Shown here: in pieces, positions 41,042-54,460 of the stretch
How the letters are laid out: each line of letters starts with the position of its first letter
Numbering within the stretch: the first letter of the stretch is position 1
Assembly (NCBI GenBank): GCA_050575255.1
Contig: JBNZDD010013693.1
Span: 4,911,522 to 4,975,521 of the forward strand
DNA: 64,000 nt
Source: Harriotta raleighana
Taxonomy: Eukaryota
Reading direction: 5' to 3'
Made by a program: the position numbers and the translations under genes
The notes under the pieces: model-generated
What the model was told of the DNA's origin: nothing
The model's database searches: none
What the model saw: only the letters and a program-made list of their open reading frames with translations

Positions 41042-41430
41042 CAGTAAAACTTTTGTTATCCAGCAGCCTCGAGACTTGACCGGTGCCGGTTAATTAAATA
41101 TGCCGGATATTTGAGCGGCAAGTTGCCGAAAATCCTACAGAAATAATTTACTTATTTAAAAACATACCATATTAATAATAGACTAACTATTAACAGAATA
41201 TTGTATGGATACTTACCAATGAAGCATTCCAGCACACTCGGTAAAATGATCGGTAAAAAAGTATTCCAGCTTCCGGTAAGTTTAATAAGTGCACATGCAC
41301 ACACATTGCACTCATATGCAAAGTAAGCATATTCGCAAGTGTCCCGGATCTCCCAATACAATACAATTGGGAGATACCGGTTGGTTGAGTATGCTGGTTG
41401 TTTGGGTACCGGATAAACAAGGTTTTACTG
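41042..41430. mobile_element. Tc1/mariner (pogo/Tigger-like) MITE
   Basis: ta|CAGTAAAACTTTTGTTATCC ... GGATAAACAAGGTTTTACTG|ta; terminal inverted repeats plus TA flanks; 389 bp. Confidence 0.88.
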
Positions 41431-41983
41431 TATTATGAATATAGGCCAGCCAATTGTGTACACACAATGTCCCACAAGCAGCCATGAAGTGACTGACCAA
41501 TTTTATTTGGGAGAATATTGGCCAGGACAATATTTTTTCAGGTAGGGTAGTTCAAGTCCACCTGAAGAGGCAAACGGGACCTTGGTTTAACATCTCACCT
41601 GACAGATAGAAAATCCATCAAAACAACACTCGCCCAGCAATGTATTGGAGGGCGAGTGAGTTTTCAAAGTGTTGGCGTGGTGCTTTTACACGAAGGCAAG
41701 GAAACTAGAAACTGTGCCAAGCTGACAACGTTAAATGATTTTAAGCACATTGAGATTCACAAAACATAGGGTCTTTAGCTTCACTGTATATACAATGTAT
41801 ATAGATAAGGTATTCAACTCAGATCACCTCAACCACTAGCTTTTATTTGGATTGAAAAACTGAGAATTTTCTCCGGTTTAGCAGTTTCACTGCGACAATT
41901 CCTCAATGAACTCTCCTGTCGTCAGACCTGTAAACTCCCGATTGATTTGTTAAGTGACTTACACTGTGCACCACTGCTTACAG

Positions 41984-42097
41984 ATGACCATACTGAGGCA
42001 ACAGGCTTCACACGCTCAGAGGAAGACTACAATTGGAGAGAGCTCTGAGCTAGAAATGAGAGATAGCACAGAACTTAACCAGAAGACGACCTGGAAG
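41984..42097 (+). CDS. PPFIA4: Liprin-alpha exon MTILRQQASHAQRKTTIGESSELEMRDSTELNQKTTWK (variable linker)
   Basis: cttacag|ATG...AAG|gtaagc; 114 nt, phase 0/0; position and weak similarity match the linker preceding RLSNGS in liprin-alpha. Confidence 0.88.
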
Positions 42098-43560
42098 GTA
42101 AGCAAATGGATTCAACGTTTTTTATCTTGTGTTTTGGTCGGCCGAGTGTCTGACACATTCAGAAACCTATCACCGTGCTTGATTAATAGTATCCGAACCA
42201 AACTGCGAATTCCAGTCATCCCACCTACACACCAAAATTCCAGTGAGAAATTGTTGGAGTGGAATGTGCACTCACTCCCTCGAGGGATGCATCCTGCTTA
42301 CTTAATTCCAGAAAGTATTAGGGACAAATTGGCAAGAGCCGAGGCTTGGGGACACCAGAGTGTGTGTTGGGGTAACTGCTGGAATTCAACCAGCTAAACC
42401 CGCATACAGTGTCATTGATGTTACTGTATGGGAAACTTTCCCGCTGCTTGTCCAGCTAGGACTGCCCCATCCATTAGGGCATTGTCTTGCAGAGTTAATA
42501 GGTGTTAAGTGGGATGACTCCCTTCCCCCATGACTGATCTGCCTTCCAAGTCCTGCTGATGAGTCAGGCTAGCGATGTTGTCATCATTTGTACCCTGGAG
42601 TACTGTAGACCCGCCTGGCTCAGGAACTGGAATAGTAAGACCCAGGCATGTCACCTTGGAGTTAGTTGAGCTCCAAGGAGACCCCGTTTAACTTTTTTGC
42701 AATGTTATAGGTGCTAAATAAGGGTAAATTGTATTGTAACAACATTCAAGCTCAGAAGCACAGTCTGAAAATTCCAAACAGTCTCATTTATAGATGATCA
42801 ATTGAATTCACTTTCAACAACATCTAATTCTTCAATTGTCCTTTTGCTGCTTTAAGTAACAGCTTGCCTAATCTTTGTATTTATTGATTTCTTACCACAA
42901 TTGCCTATTATAAGTTGTGCCAATACTTGGAACGGTGATATTATAAATACTGAAAAGCCAAGCTATTTACCTTCCTCATCAACAAATAGTAGAAAGTATA
43001 TAAGGCGTATTCAGAGGATAAGAATTAAAGTGAGTTCTGAGGACTGGACAGTGAGTTAGTTAAAGCACTGTTCTTTCCCTTCGGGTATGTGGTTTAAACA
43101 CTGTCAGATGATGAGACCAAAGTAAATCTCTGCTGTGCTGGCTGTAAAGGTATGAATTGTGCTTAAGATTCTTCCGTTGCTGGTGAAAGATACAAACTTG
43201 GATCATCCTTATCATTAATCCATTATTTAATGAGGACAAATCTAATAGCTCATCATTATCAGTTCAGCGCGGTTTTGCAAACACAGCATGGCCAGTGAAA
43301 TGGCTAATTCCTGTTCCTGTTTAGACATAACATTTGAAGAAATTCTGAGAAAGTGAAATAAAACTGTCTTAATATTAATTTGCTGGACTCAACTATGAAT
43401 CCATGTCTTTCACTTTAGTTTGATTTGATCACAAATTGGTCTCCACATAGATATGTGAGGATAGAGAGAGATATGTGAACGTTTATGTTCTATGTTCTTC
43501 ATAGTAATTTATCATCACACAGCTACAATACCTGCTTACATCTTTATTAACTGCAGCAAT

Positions 43561-44671
43561 TGTTAGAGATCAAGATATCTCTTTAGTTTAGTTTGGAAAT
43601 AAGGTTACAGCCAGCCTCTATTCCTTGTATTAAAAGCAGATTCTTTATTCAGGTATACTCATAGAGCTGACACTAAAGCATATACTTCGTTCAACGCAAA
43701 ACACCATAGTCTCTCATCGAGACTTGTGCCACGGGCGCTGTCTGACGTTTATTACACTAAAGCATATAAAATAACATGACGACAATGCAAGCATCATTAT
43801 CTAGGTTTCTCTTAATGCAATCTCATACACCAATACTACCCAGCACGCATTCTTTGGGGTTCAGGGGAAATAGTCCTTTCCTCTTCTTTCTCCTCTCAAT
43901 CGGTCTCAGGATCTGTAAGGGTATTGATCTCCTAGGAGTCTACTGTCAGGTTACAGTTCTTCCATCAGGTGTTGTTCCCGTTCCGAGAGCGGCTTGATAA
44001 CTGTCGGTCAACAGTTTCTTCCATCAGGATCTTCTCTTCCTCTGTCTCCGCTCTGTCGTTAAACAAAACAACTGGAACTATGACGAGTTCCAGTAGTTCT
44101 GGACAACAGTGGCAGGCTGGAGATCTCGGCTTACCGAGACACTCCCCAACTGTTGTAATGAGACACTCTTTCTCTCCTATCTTTATACTTCTCCAACAGC
44201 CTCATCATAACTAACTCAGCCAGTTGATCACTTGGACATTGTCCAGAAGCGATGTCAAAACCAGACAATTAAAAGGCCAGGTTTGTGGGCAGTTGTTGGC
44301 CTCCCTTCTTTTCCCAGACCTTGAGATGGCTCTCCTGCTACTCACTTGGCAATTTCCTTGACGTTGAGTCTAGCTCTACCTTCTTTCTGGCCTGAAGCCC
44401 CCTCCACAGTACATTCCTTTGCGCCTTTGTTATCTATATCTTGAGCTCGCTCTCCTTCAATTCTTTATTTATCCTAGAAGCTGCTGATGTTATTGCGCAC
44501 AGACCAACACCCAAGGCCATTCGAGTGCAGAGGAACGTGCACCCGCGCAGACAATCTCTCCTCCTTCCTGCTCAAGGTTGCTGACCATGCCTGTGTTGTT
44601 AATAGATTGTTTTAATTGGTGTCTGATTGGAACTAACTATAATTAATTGTTAATATCTCCATATCCCAACA
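43561..44671 (-). mobile_element. Solo LTR (ERV or Gypsy type)
   Basis: caat|TGTTAGAGAT...ATCCCAACA|caat; minus-strand TATAAAG (44181-44187) and AATAAA (43644-43649). Confidence 0.82.
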
Positions 44672-45731
44672 CAATGTGCACGTTGATCATAGTTCTTGGT
44701 CTGAAGAGTCGCTTTCAACTTTGCTCATTTAGAAATCTATTTCTATATGTATTGTTTGAACTCTGTGGGTTGAAAGTGAGTTATGTATAACTCAAAAGAG
44801 TGTTTCTTTCAAAGGAGTCTAATCAGCAAGTCAACCTCAATTTACTGCTTGATCAATTCCCACTTAGATATCTCAAAATCCAGAGAATAACACTTTATAT
44901 GTTAGTCAAATTAATTTCAAAAGTGAATGTCCTCATTATAATTTTAGGCATAACAATTAGTCTCAGTCTGCATTGTTGGGTTCAAGAAACATTTTTGGTT
45001 CCACTTTCAGACCATGGTAATAATCGAATAGTTTTCCCGAACAAACTCTAAGCAAACACTCCCAACTGAACATGATAAAAATTTGTCCAATGTTATTTAA
45101 TAAAATGTTACATTAAAAAATATATTTTATTCAGTTGATTTGTGATGTATCAAATGTAGCTCACTTAAACTAGGATTGCTGTTCATACCAAGCGCTCACT
45201 GCACCAGTCCGACAATCTTTATCCATCTGCAAAGGAGGATTATAAATGACTTAGATTTACTCCTAAGAAACTCAACAACTGATGTCTCTTCTGCAATACA
45301 ATTTCTGATGAAAGCTACAATAGGTGGTTAACAATGATTTAGTTTAGATTTCTTTGACTGTGTTGAGTAATTGTGTTGAATATTTGTGTGCAGGAGACAG
45401 AACTAAACTTGCATTTGTTGATATTGGGCAAGGACTGAATTGGACCTCTCCTTAGTCATATAGTTACTGTCACAACTTACATATGAATAGTGGTCCTTTA
45501 GATCATTAAGGGCGATGGATGCCTTTCGGAACTGTACCTCAATAGGAATTCATACCTTCAGAAGGGAAAGGATGGAAACAGGAGCAAGAGGAAAACATTG
45601 ATCAAAGGAAACATAAAAGTTTCATAGTTTAGATTCAAACCTGTATTACAACTTCAATACTAGTTATTTACGTTCACTTAATGTCCAATGTTACAGTCGT
45701 TTGTTTGGAATGTTTGCCTTTTCCTCTCCAG

Positions 45732-45953
45732 CGGCTTTCAAACGGTTCTATCGATGCAAACGATGACGTCAGTCGGGTGGTGGAGTTACAGGAGCTTCTG
45801 GAGAAACAGAATTTTGAGACGTCGCAAGTGAAAGAGCGCGTGTCCATGCTGTCAGCCCGCGTGGTGGAGCTGGAGGAAGATCTGGACACAGCCAGAAAAG
45901 ATCTCATTCGGTCAGAGGAGATGAACAATAAGTTCCAGAGAGACATTCGCGAG
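45732..45953 (+). CDS. PPFIA4: Liprin-alpha exon RLSNGSIDANDDVSRVVELQELLEKQNFE...KFQRDIRE
   Basis: cctctccag|CGG...GAG|gtgaga; 222 nt, phase 0/0. Confidence 0.96.
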
Positions 45954-46529
45954 GTGAGAATTGTTTCAACAGGAAATTAGGTCCAATATGGAGCAATTTC
46001 TGATTGAGGAATACTTGTCGCGGACATAGGCAATACTGTTAGTCACAGTAACTACCATGAACTCCACTGAGGACAATCTACTATGGGAATTACAGTATTA
46101 TTATTACTGTTATAACAGCATTCTCATGATTTTGGTGATGTTCTTTCAGTTACAGGCCTAGTGGTTAGCATGCTCATCTCGCACGTGAGATGACTGGGTT
46201 CGATTCCCAGGCATGGGCAAGTTTGGACAAACTTGGGCAAGTTTCTTTTGCGCATTCTATTTACCAAGTTCTGTACTGTAGTAATTGATAGTTGATTGGC
46301 AAATCACTTTCTGACAACTCCATCACCCGACTGATGTCATAAATGCCATTTATTTGTAGTTGGACAATTTACTGGTTGTGTACTCCATTACTGGATGTGT
46401 AGAAGTGCCTGTGGATTGAGAACTAAATACCATGAATGATCACCTATTGTACCACTAAGTTGTTGATGCCAGTGTTCTGTATATGGTGTTATTCCTGGAA
46501 TAACTTGTGTCAGTTGCTGCTGATTTCAG

Positions 46530-46676
46530 GCTATGGCCCAGAAGGATGATATGGAAGAGAGAATTACCACACTCGAAAAGCGCTATTTGTCCGCACAGAG
46601 AGAGTCCACCTCCTTACACGACCTAAATGACAAACTGGAGAATGAGCTTGCAAATAAGGATTCTCTCTACCGCCAG
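46530..46676 (+). CDS. PPFIA4: Liprin-alpha exon [49 protein letters not shown]
   Basis: tgatttcag|GCT...CAG|gtaata; 147 nt, phase 0/0; absent from the ORF track. Confidence 0.97.
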
Positions 46677-47834
46677 GTAATAAACAGTTTCATTTGCTGA
46701 AAACTCCGTAAAGCTTCTGAACTAATTGTTATTGCTATTTCAAACTGACAAATTGATTAACTGGGTACTAGTTACAGGACTAGCACTTAACTAGTTATCC
46801 TATAGGATCACATTGTGTTTTTCGAAGTTAAGCATGGAATGGAATCACAAGATCACATGATTGGTCTGGATGAAGAAAGCCCTTTAGCCCATCCATCCTC
46901 CTCCAGAACATATCCACCCCACCCTCGCCCCCTTTCCTGCAGCAATGTGTTCCAGTGTGATGGCTTCTATCCTTTCTGGCAACTGGTCATTGATTTCTCC
47001 CTGGGTAAAGAAAAACATTGTTATATACCATCCTGAAATTAATGTCTACAATTCTACAACTGTGTCCTTTTTTTTATTGGCTTGATATATCTTAAAGTAT
47101 TGATCTGGGTTTACTTTTACAACCACACAAAAAAACACCATTGGGGATTATCTCCTGCCATTCTGTTGCCAACAATGTCGCCATGGAGGCAATTCAGCTC
47201 CAAGGAGGCTCTGGCTTATCCCTCCACCAAGGAGAACAGTTACTGCATGGTCGAGGAGTGATAAGAATATGGTGGTGGAGGTGGGAAGAGAACAGGACTG
47301 GTATAGACAGATGTAGTCTGAGAGATCGTGGTGGTTGATCTTATTTATGAAAGTTCACACACCTTTGCCTGTTAAAGTGCTTGAGCCTAGAGATACAGGG
47401 AACAGAGATAGTCAATTCAGGACAGGCTGTGTGAGCAAACAGCTGCTTGACCAGTGAACAGCGCAAAAACAGCAAATGATTTGAAAGGGTTATTAAAGCT
47501 CTGATTATGTAACTGAAGGAAACTAATTTTTTTCACACAATTATTTCACGTTGAGTATTCCATAAAGACAAACCCACAGTTAATCATTCTGTTATAGTAA
47601 ATTGGACCATTCGTGTGCTGCACTATCGAGTCCCATCTTTTCATGGGAGTTGGAACAAAATGCTCCAGTGGATTGAATTCAAGATCCTCCCTAACTTTAA
47701 AGCCAGTCTTAAATCTTTTCAACCATACGTCACCCCCCACCTCCATCTGCCACAGTTCAAAAATTTGCCACCAAGCTTTGTGTTTTGCAAGAATTTCACG
47801 AGCTGTTCTGTTTACATTCGCGTTTGCTTTACAG

Positions 47835-47969
47835 AGTGAAGAGAAGAGCCGACACATCCAGGAGCTGCTGGAGCTGGCGGAGCAAAAACTGCAACAGACC
47901 ATGAGGAAAGCCGAGACATTGCCCGAGATTGAGGCTGAACTTGCACAAAGAGTAGCAGCACTCACAAAG
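47835..47969 (+). CDS. PPFIA4: Liprin-alpha exon [45 protein letters not shown]
   Basis: ctttacag|AGT...AAG|gtcagt; 135 nt, phase 0/0. Confidence 0.97.
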
Positions 47970-48637
47970 GTCAGTGTCAGCACCTGTTTAACGACAGCAG
48001 GAAAGGGAGAGATGAGGAATAAGCAAGAGGCCAGAGCCAGCCGAATGGAGGCAGCGGGTAATGGAGTAGGGAGAACAGAGGTAAGAAAGGTAGGGAGGTG
48101 CCTGGACATGAAGGGATTTGCAGATAAGTGAGAGGATCTTGAAATCGATCCGTTCTTTGAAAGGAAGCCTGGCAAGGATTGCTATGATAGGATACAGAGT
48201 TTAGAGTGTGTGAGTATATGGGTGATGGAGTTTTAAGTTAGTTGAGTCTCTTGGAGCTGAGTAATAGAGCTGGAGTGACCGATTTCAAGACCGTCTCATT
48301 CATCTTATACAAATCTCTTGATACCCTGATAGGTCAGAGAGGTAGGGAGGTAGCTCGGCCTCTGCTTGGCTGGCTTGTCCATCATCACCTCTCTACACAA
48401 TCAGTGGCTGTGGTTTCAGCCATTACACCCAAAACTTTGGAACTCTTTCCTGCATGAAGGACGCTATATAAATGCAAGCTGTTGTTGTTTGCAATATTCA
48501 TAAACAGTTGAAGTGCATGACAAGCAAGGTCGTACTTGAATTCAAAGCATCACATGGATGAGATTGTTGAGATGTAATAAAGAATTAAATTCCACTCTTC
48601 AAATTCTTAGTCTCAGTTTGAGGCTAATTAGCCTCCA

Positions 48638-48905
48638 CAACAACAACAAAATGACACTTGTGTAGCACCTTTCACATCAGGAGGACATCCCAAGGCACTG
48701 GAGGGTCATTGTTTCAGACCCAAGATGGGAGGGTGGAGGGAAAGGGTGACCGATGGGACCGTCGAAGAGGAGGGTCTTGAGGCGGGACTTGAAGGAGGCT
48801 AGGGAGGGGGTGAGGTGGAGGATGGCGGTTCAGAGGTGGGGGGCAGAGTGGCTGAAGGCTCACCCTCCAATGGTGGGGCGGGTGGGTCGGGGGACGTGGA
48901 GCAGG
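48638..48905 (-). mobile_element. L2-type 3' end fragment
   Basis: caacaacaacaaaa...cacctttcacatcaggaggacatcccaagg; similar to 29395-29700. Confidence 0.8.
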
Positions 48906-49390
48906 CAAAGCCGAAATTTAAATTGTATTTGTATTGTAGATCCTGTGAAGCGCTTTGAGATGTTCTCCCAATGTGAAAGGAACTATATCAACAACAAATT
49001 ACAATTGCATAGCGCCTTTCACATTGGGAGAGTGTTCCAAGGTGCTAAATCCAAAGCATATCATGCGTATCAAATGCAAAGATGATTATTTTTCCATCTA
49101 GTCTTGACCAGAAATATGGTGCTCTCCAGGCTTTCCAAAAAGATGGTGTTTTTCCAGGGCAAGTTTCCACTGATGTCACTCGGTGAAACGTTTACAGGAA
49201 GAGCCACCAAAGCCACTTTCTGTACACTGCACATGTGCGCTGTGCACACAGAACTGATGTGACATCACTTTGTGGAGTAACTTGACAGCAATATTGCTTC
49301 TCCCGCATACTGAGCAGAATGTGAAGTCAGACTCCAAGGCACAGACTAATGATGAAAAGAGACTGATCTCTTTCCTTCTACTCCTGACAG

Positions 49391-49474
49391 GCCGAGGAGA
49401 GACATGGGAGCATTGAAGAGCGTTTAAGACAATTGGAGAGTCAGCTGGAAGAGAAAAATCAGGAGCTTGGGAGG
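49391..49474 (+). CDS. PPFIA4: Liprin-alpha exon [28 protein letters not shown]
   Basis: ctcctgacag|GCC...AGG|gtaagt; 84 nt, phase 0/0. Confidence 0.97.
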
Positions 49475-50970
49475 GTAAGTGGCATGTATTACTTTTCTAC
49501 ATCAAATTATTGCTTGCTGTCACGACTGTCAATGTCCTTGACATTATTTTCATTTCATTTTCAACGGGAATCTTTGCAACTTACATTAACCATTCGGATG
49601 TGCAGTTCCTGCTAGCAATGTGTAGCTGTTCACATGTGGATTGTAACATTGACATGCGTTAAACATGTCTGTAAGAAATATACTTGCAGAAAATAGCTCT
49701 TAAGATCGACGTGGGTCACAGAGGTGCTGACCACCAAACAATATCTTCTCCCAAAGGTTACCAGAGCACACTCCCACCATTTATCTTCGAGTCCAAAGGC
49801 CCTTCAACTATCTGGTACCCACGAAAACACAAACAACACAACTCATCATCCCAAATGTTTGGTGGAGAGGGAATCAATTCCATCCATTTCTGTAACCTTA
49901 GCTGACCTATAGCTGGGGGAGCATTATGATTGAGGCCCTGTGCTATCAATGAGAAGGGAGTGAATATAATGCTGTCAGACAAATGGCAGATGCAAACCGC
50001 GACAATGCGGTTTATAGAATTCCCTTTATAGAATAGCAATGAAGCTAACCAGGCTGAAAATGTCTTAAGTGATCAGCATCTCAGGGACTATGTCCCTGAC
50101 ATGTTAGAGGCACTCACCCCATTTAATAAATCAGACATTTCAGTGGTTCACTGTCAAACAGATCTTCTGAGCATGTCTCAGTTCTGTGAAGCTGTGCCAT
50201 GGAAGAAGACAGACAGCCTGTAATACTGGGTTTTGTTCACATGCTTGTTGCCTTTTATAAGCTCGTGTCCACCACATTAAATTGTGGTGGGACATGTTTC
50301 CTAATCTTTTGGACACTACTCAGAGTTACAGTTGAACCATCAGACAGAAATCTTAACTGTGCTTCTGTGTGAATGCGAACACACACCGCACGCAGCCTCA
50401 GAAAAATAGTTGGAAGATTTTCATGGCAATAAAAAAAAAGTTTATAATTGCATCTGCGATGCATTTGGATCTCATTCTCTCTCAGCATGTCCCATCACTG
50501 AATGGCTACTCATCTGTAACTGAATTGGAGAGCAGAGAGAAGTCAATGGCTGAGTGAGTAGCTGATTCAGGTCTGGCAGCTCGAGCGAGTCCAGAAGTGA
50601 AGCTTTCCCCAAGGGAGGGTAGGACAGTATGTATTTATTCTAGAGGTCGGATTGGCTAGGATACGTGACATGACAAGTCTTGTGGGGAGGAAATTGCTCT
50701 GATTTGGTGAAATGTGGCTTTGCAAATTGTATGGCGATCCATATTCCTCAGCTTCCATCTCCTCTCCATCTCCGTGCACTTCAGCCTCCTGCCTCAGCAA
50801 TATGTGCACCTCCTCTGGGCAGATGGGGGCTGAATTTGACAGAATCTTGAGAATCTTGAGGAACTAAGTTAAGTCTGGAAAATATACCTTCGGAAGGGGA
50901 ACTGAAAATAAGGCTCTATACTTGTAGTGTATCTGCGTTAGTAACTAATGGGGTGTCTTGCCCATTGCAG

Positions 50971-51102
50971 GCACGGCAGAGAGAAAAGATGAACGAAGAA
51001 CACAATAAGCGTCTGTCAGACACAGTGGATCGACTGCTGTCAGAATCAAACGAAAGACTCCAGCTCCACCTCAAGGAACGTATGGCAGCTTTGGAAGACA
51101 AA
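50971..51102 (+). CDS. PPFIA4: Liprin-alpha exon [44 protein letters not shown]
   Basis: cattgcag|GCA...AAA|gtaggt; 132 nt, phase 0/0. Confidence 0.98.
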
Positions 51103-54079
51103 GTAGGTTGTATAACGTGTTAGCATCTGGTGAATGAGCACAGGCAGGGATGGAGTTCCAGAGAGTAGGAGGGTGGGGGGGATCAGAGTGGCTGAAAGCC
51201 CCACCCGCCAATGGTGGGGGTGGCAAGGTGGGGGACGCAAAGTAAACCTTCTAAAAACATGGAATTAACTGTTTTTTTGGGCACTTAAATCATAGAAATA
51301 AAAGCTCAGACATTTGATAAAAATCATTGCACTTCCTGGTTAATGTAGGATAATTAACCATGTATTAATGGGTTAATGGCAGATAAAATAATCCTATCAT
51401 AAGATAGCAGTTCTGACAGATCAGATGGAAATGAATCCTGATTGGTTGAATGCAAGAATAGTGAGTCTGAACCTTTGGCGAACTGAGAGTAAGGGATGAG
51501 GACTACTTTAGATTTAGTATAATGCAGTTGAACCCGTTATAACACACATCATTGTAACATCTATTGTAATGTGAAACCCAACATTTATTTACCCCCAAAA
51601 GATTAAACTGCACCAGCTCCACACTTGCTTCCAAATAGAAGACAAAATGGTCAAAATCCGGGACAACAGGATACGACTGACATCAAGTCCACTCTGTTGT
51701 TGTGAAGCCTTTGATGGATCTGATTGTCTATCTGTGGGGCAGCAATCACACAGTTACAGTGTTGGACTTCCAACTCCCATGGTTTAATACTGCAGCTGGA
51801 CTACATTCTGGGTGTCTGAAACGTGCGGAAAGCCATCACCAAACCAGACTGAGAGTTCCACAAGCGCTGTGCCACCCACATATGGAATTTCCTCCCCATC
51901 TGTCACCCAAGGCAATGGGATCAGTGCAGGATGCAGTCTGGCCATATAGGAAATCTGGAAATTTCCCAAGTGATTGGCTCCCAAAGCACTCACGTGATTG
52001 ACTCCCGACACTTTCCATCCCACAACCACCTCATTGAGAAGTTCTATTTANAGCTCCACCTCAAGGAACGTATGGCAGCTTTGGAAGACAAAGTAGGTTG
52101 TATAACGTGTTAGCATCTGGTGAATGAGCACAGGCAGGGATGGAGTTCCAGAGAGTAGGAGGGTGGGGGGGATCAGAGTGGCTGAAAGCCCCACCCGCCA
52201 ATGGTGGGGGTGGCAAGGTGGGGGACGCAAAGTAAACCTTCTAAAAACATGGAATTAACTGTTTTTTTGGGCACTTAAATCATAGAAATAAAAGCTCAGA
52301 CATTTGATAAAAATCATTGCACTTCCTGGTTAATGTAGGATAATTAACCATGTATTAATGGGTTAATGGCAGATAAAATAATCCTATCATAAGATAGCAG
52401 TTCTGACAGATCAGATGGAAATGAATCCTGATTGGTTGAATGCAAGAATAGTGAGTCTGAACCTTTGGCGAACTGAGAGTAAGGGATGAGGACTACTTTA
52501 GATTTAGTATAATGCAGTTGAACCCGTTATAACACACATCATTGTAACATCTATTGTAATGTGAAACCCAACATTTATTTACCCCCAAAAGATTAAACTG
52601 CACCAGCTCCACACTTGCTTCCAAATAGAAGACAAAATGGTCAAAATCCGGGACAACAGGATACGACTGACATCAAGTCCACTCTGTTGTTGTGAAGCCT
52701 TTGATGGATCTGATTGTCTATCTGTGGGGCAGCAATCACACAGTTACAGTGTTGGACTTCCAACTCCCATGGTTTAATACTGCAGCTGGACTACATTCTG
52801 GGTGTCTGAAACGTGCGGAAAGCCATCACCAAACCAGACTGAGAGTTCCACAAGCGCTGTGCCACCCACATATGGAATTTCCTCCCCATCTGTCACCCAA
52901 GGCAATGGGATCAGTGCAGGATGCAGTCTGGCCATATAGGAAATCTGGAAATTTCCCAAGTGATTGGCTCCCAAAGCACTCACGTGATTGACTCCCGACA
53001 CTTTCCATCCCACAACCACCTCATTGAGAAGTTCTATTTAAGTCCTAATAAGTTTTTAAACAAGTAATAATAATAATCCTTGCATTTGATATAGCGCTAT
53101 TCATGTCTTCTAGACATCTCAAAGTGGAGGTTTTATGCTGAATCCATGCCCACCCCACAACCCATTTTACCCGACAATCCTGAGCCCTTTGGGGGAGATC
53201 AACCTACCACTGGGTCAGGGAATGTTCCTGTGAATTTATATGAAGGTTCATTTCAATAAATATTTAGGTGAATTATTGTGGACCCAATTATCATAGAAGT
53301 TTTCTTTAGGATAATAATAGTGTTCCTTGCATTTGATATAGTGCTTTTCACGCCTTTAAAATGTCTTCTTTTGAAACGCAGTCTGTTTCTGAAAAATAAA
53401 TTCTGCGTTTCATTTGCAGGCAGCGATTGAATGATGCCTTATGACACCTAGTGGTTTGTTATAATATTACAGCTCTTAGACTCCCAGCAAAAAAGGACAT
53501 ATACAGGTATCATAATAACCCTTGCATTTGAGATAGCTCCTTGTCAAAACACCTCAAGGCACTTCATAGGATTTTACTTTAAAATGAAAAGATTCTATAT
53601 TTGGTGGCCAAAAGTAGCTACTAATTTTCACCCAGCCATCACTGTCAGCTCAAAGACCTGATATGGGGCTTGAACTCACAACCTTGAGAGACCTACTGAT
53701 TGAGAAAGGCTGACATATCTTGTGTATCACAGGCAAATTGCTTAATTCCTAAGGAGTTATTGCTTGTTTGTGGGACTTGCGGTGAGCTAATTAGCTGCTG
53801 CACTTGCTGACAAACACACAGCCATTACATTTCACAGTAAAATTCTGTGAAGGGCTTTAGAGATGATTTTATAATGTGATAATGCGATAAGGCTCAATAT
53901 CAATCCAAGGATTATTGTTAAATCATTAGTATTGTAATTGTGATTATTGATAGAAAGGGAATGACTTCATTGTGGTCTCTACAGTCAGTATCTTTCCATC
54001 TTCAGGTCTTCACTTATGGTATTATTTTCCAACCATCAGTCTATCCTCTAACATGCAGTTTGTCTATTATTATTACGCC

Positions 54080-54297
54080 TAATAATAATTGTCCAAAAAA
54101 AGCCACAATAATAAAATTGGTCATTTTCAATCCATGACTGCCTGTGGGACACTGCTGTGTGCAATTGACTGCCGGGTTTCGCCCACAAATATACAGTCAA
54201 TTCACTTTATAGTATATTCTGTGAAGCGCTTTGAGATGTCAATAAGATGTGAAAAGCGCTATATCAAATGCAAGGATTCTTATTATTACTATTATTG
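54080..54297 (+). mobile_element. SINE 3' half
   Basis: gtgggacactgctgtgtgcaattgactgcc...gcgctatatcaaatgcaagga. Confidence 0.9.
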
Positions 54298-54460
54298 CTG
54301 ATAGCTTTATTCTCCTGCTGTGCACACAAGGTTGACACAATCCTTAACGTTTGTATAAAATTGACATTGTATCAAACTGCAGTTTGTTGCTGTGGTCAAA
54401 TATGTATTTACAAAATCCTAGCATGCTTTCTATATTGTTTTTCTTTTACTTCCCTCCTAG

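Noticed and set aside
45305-45330. CTGATGAAAG resembling a second hammerhead or box C
   Set aside because: No stem II followed by GAAA and no matching box D arrangement
47546-48175. 209-aa minus-strand ORF
   Set aside because: Antisense to liprin exon 47835-47969 plus an L2 fragment; no independent coding signal
49161-49283. Imperfect palindrome (tgatgtcac/gtgacatca, gcacatgtgc) upstream of exon 49391
   Set aside because: Short discontinuous stems; likely a decayed MITE; not enough to call an ncRNA
52052-52092. Apparent second copy of the [13 protein letters not shown] exon
   Set aside because: Part of the N-centred duplication; no splice acceptor
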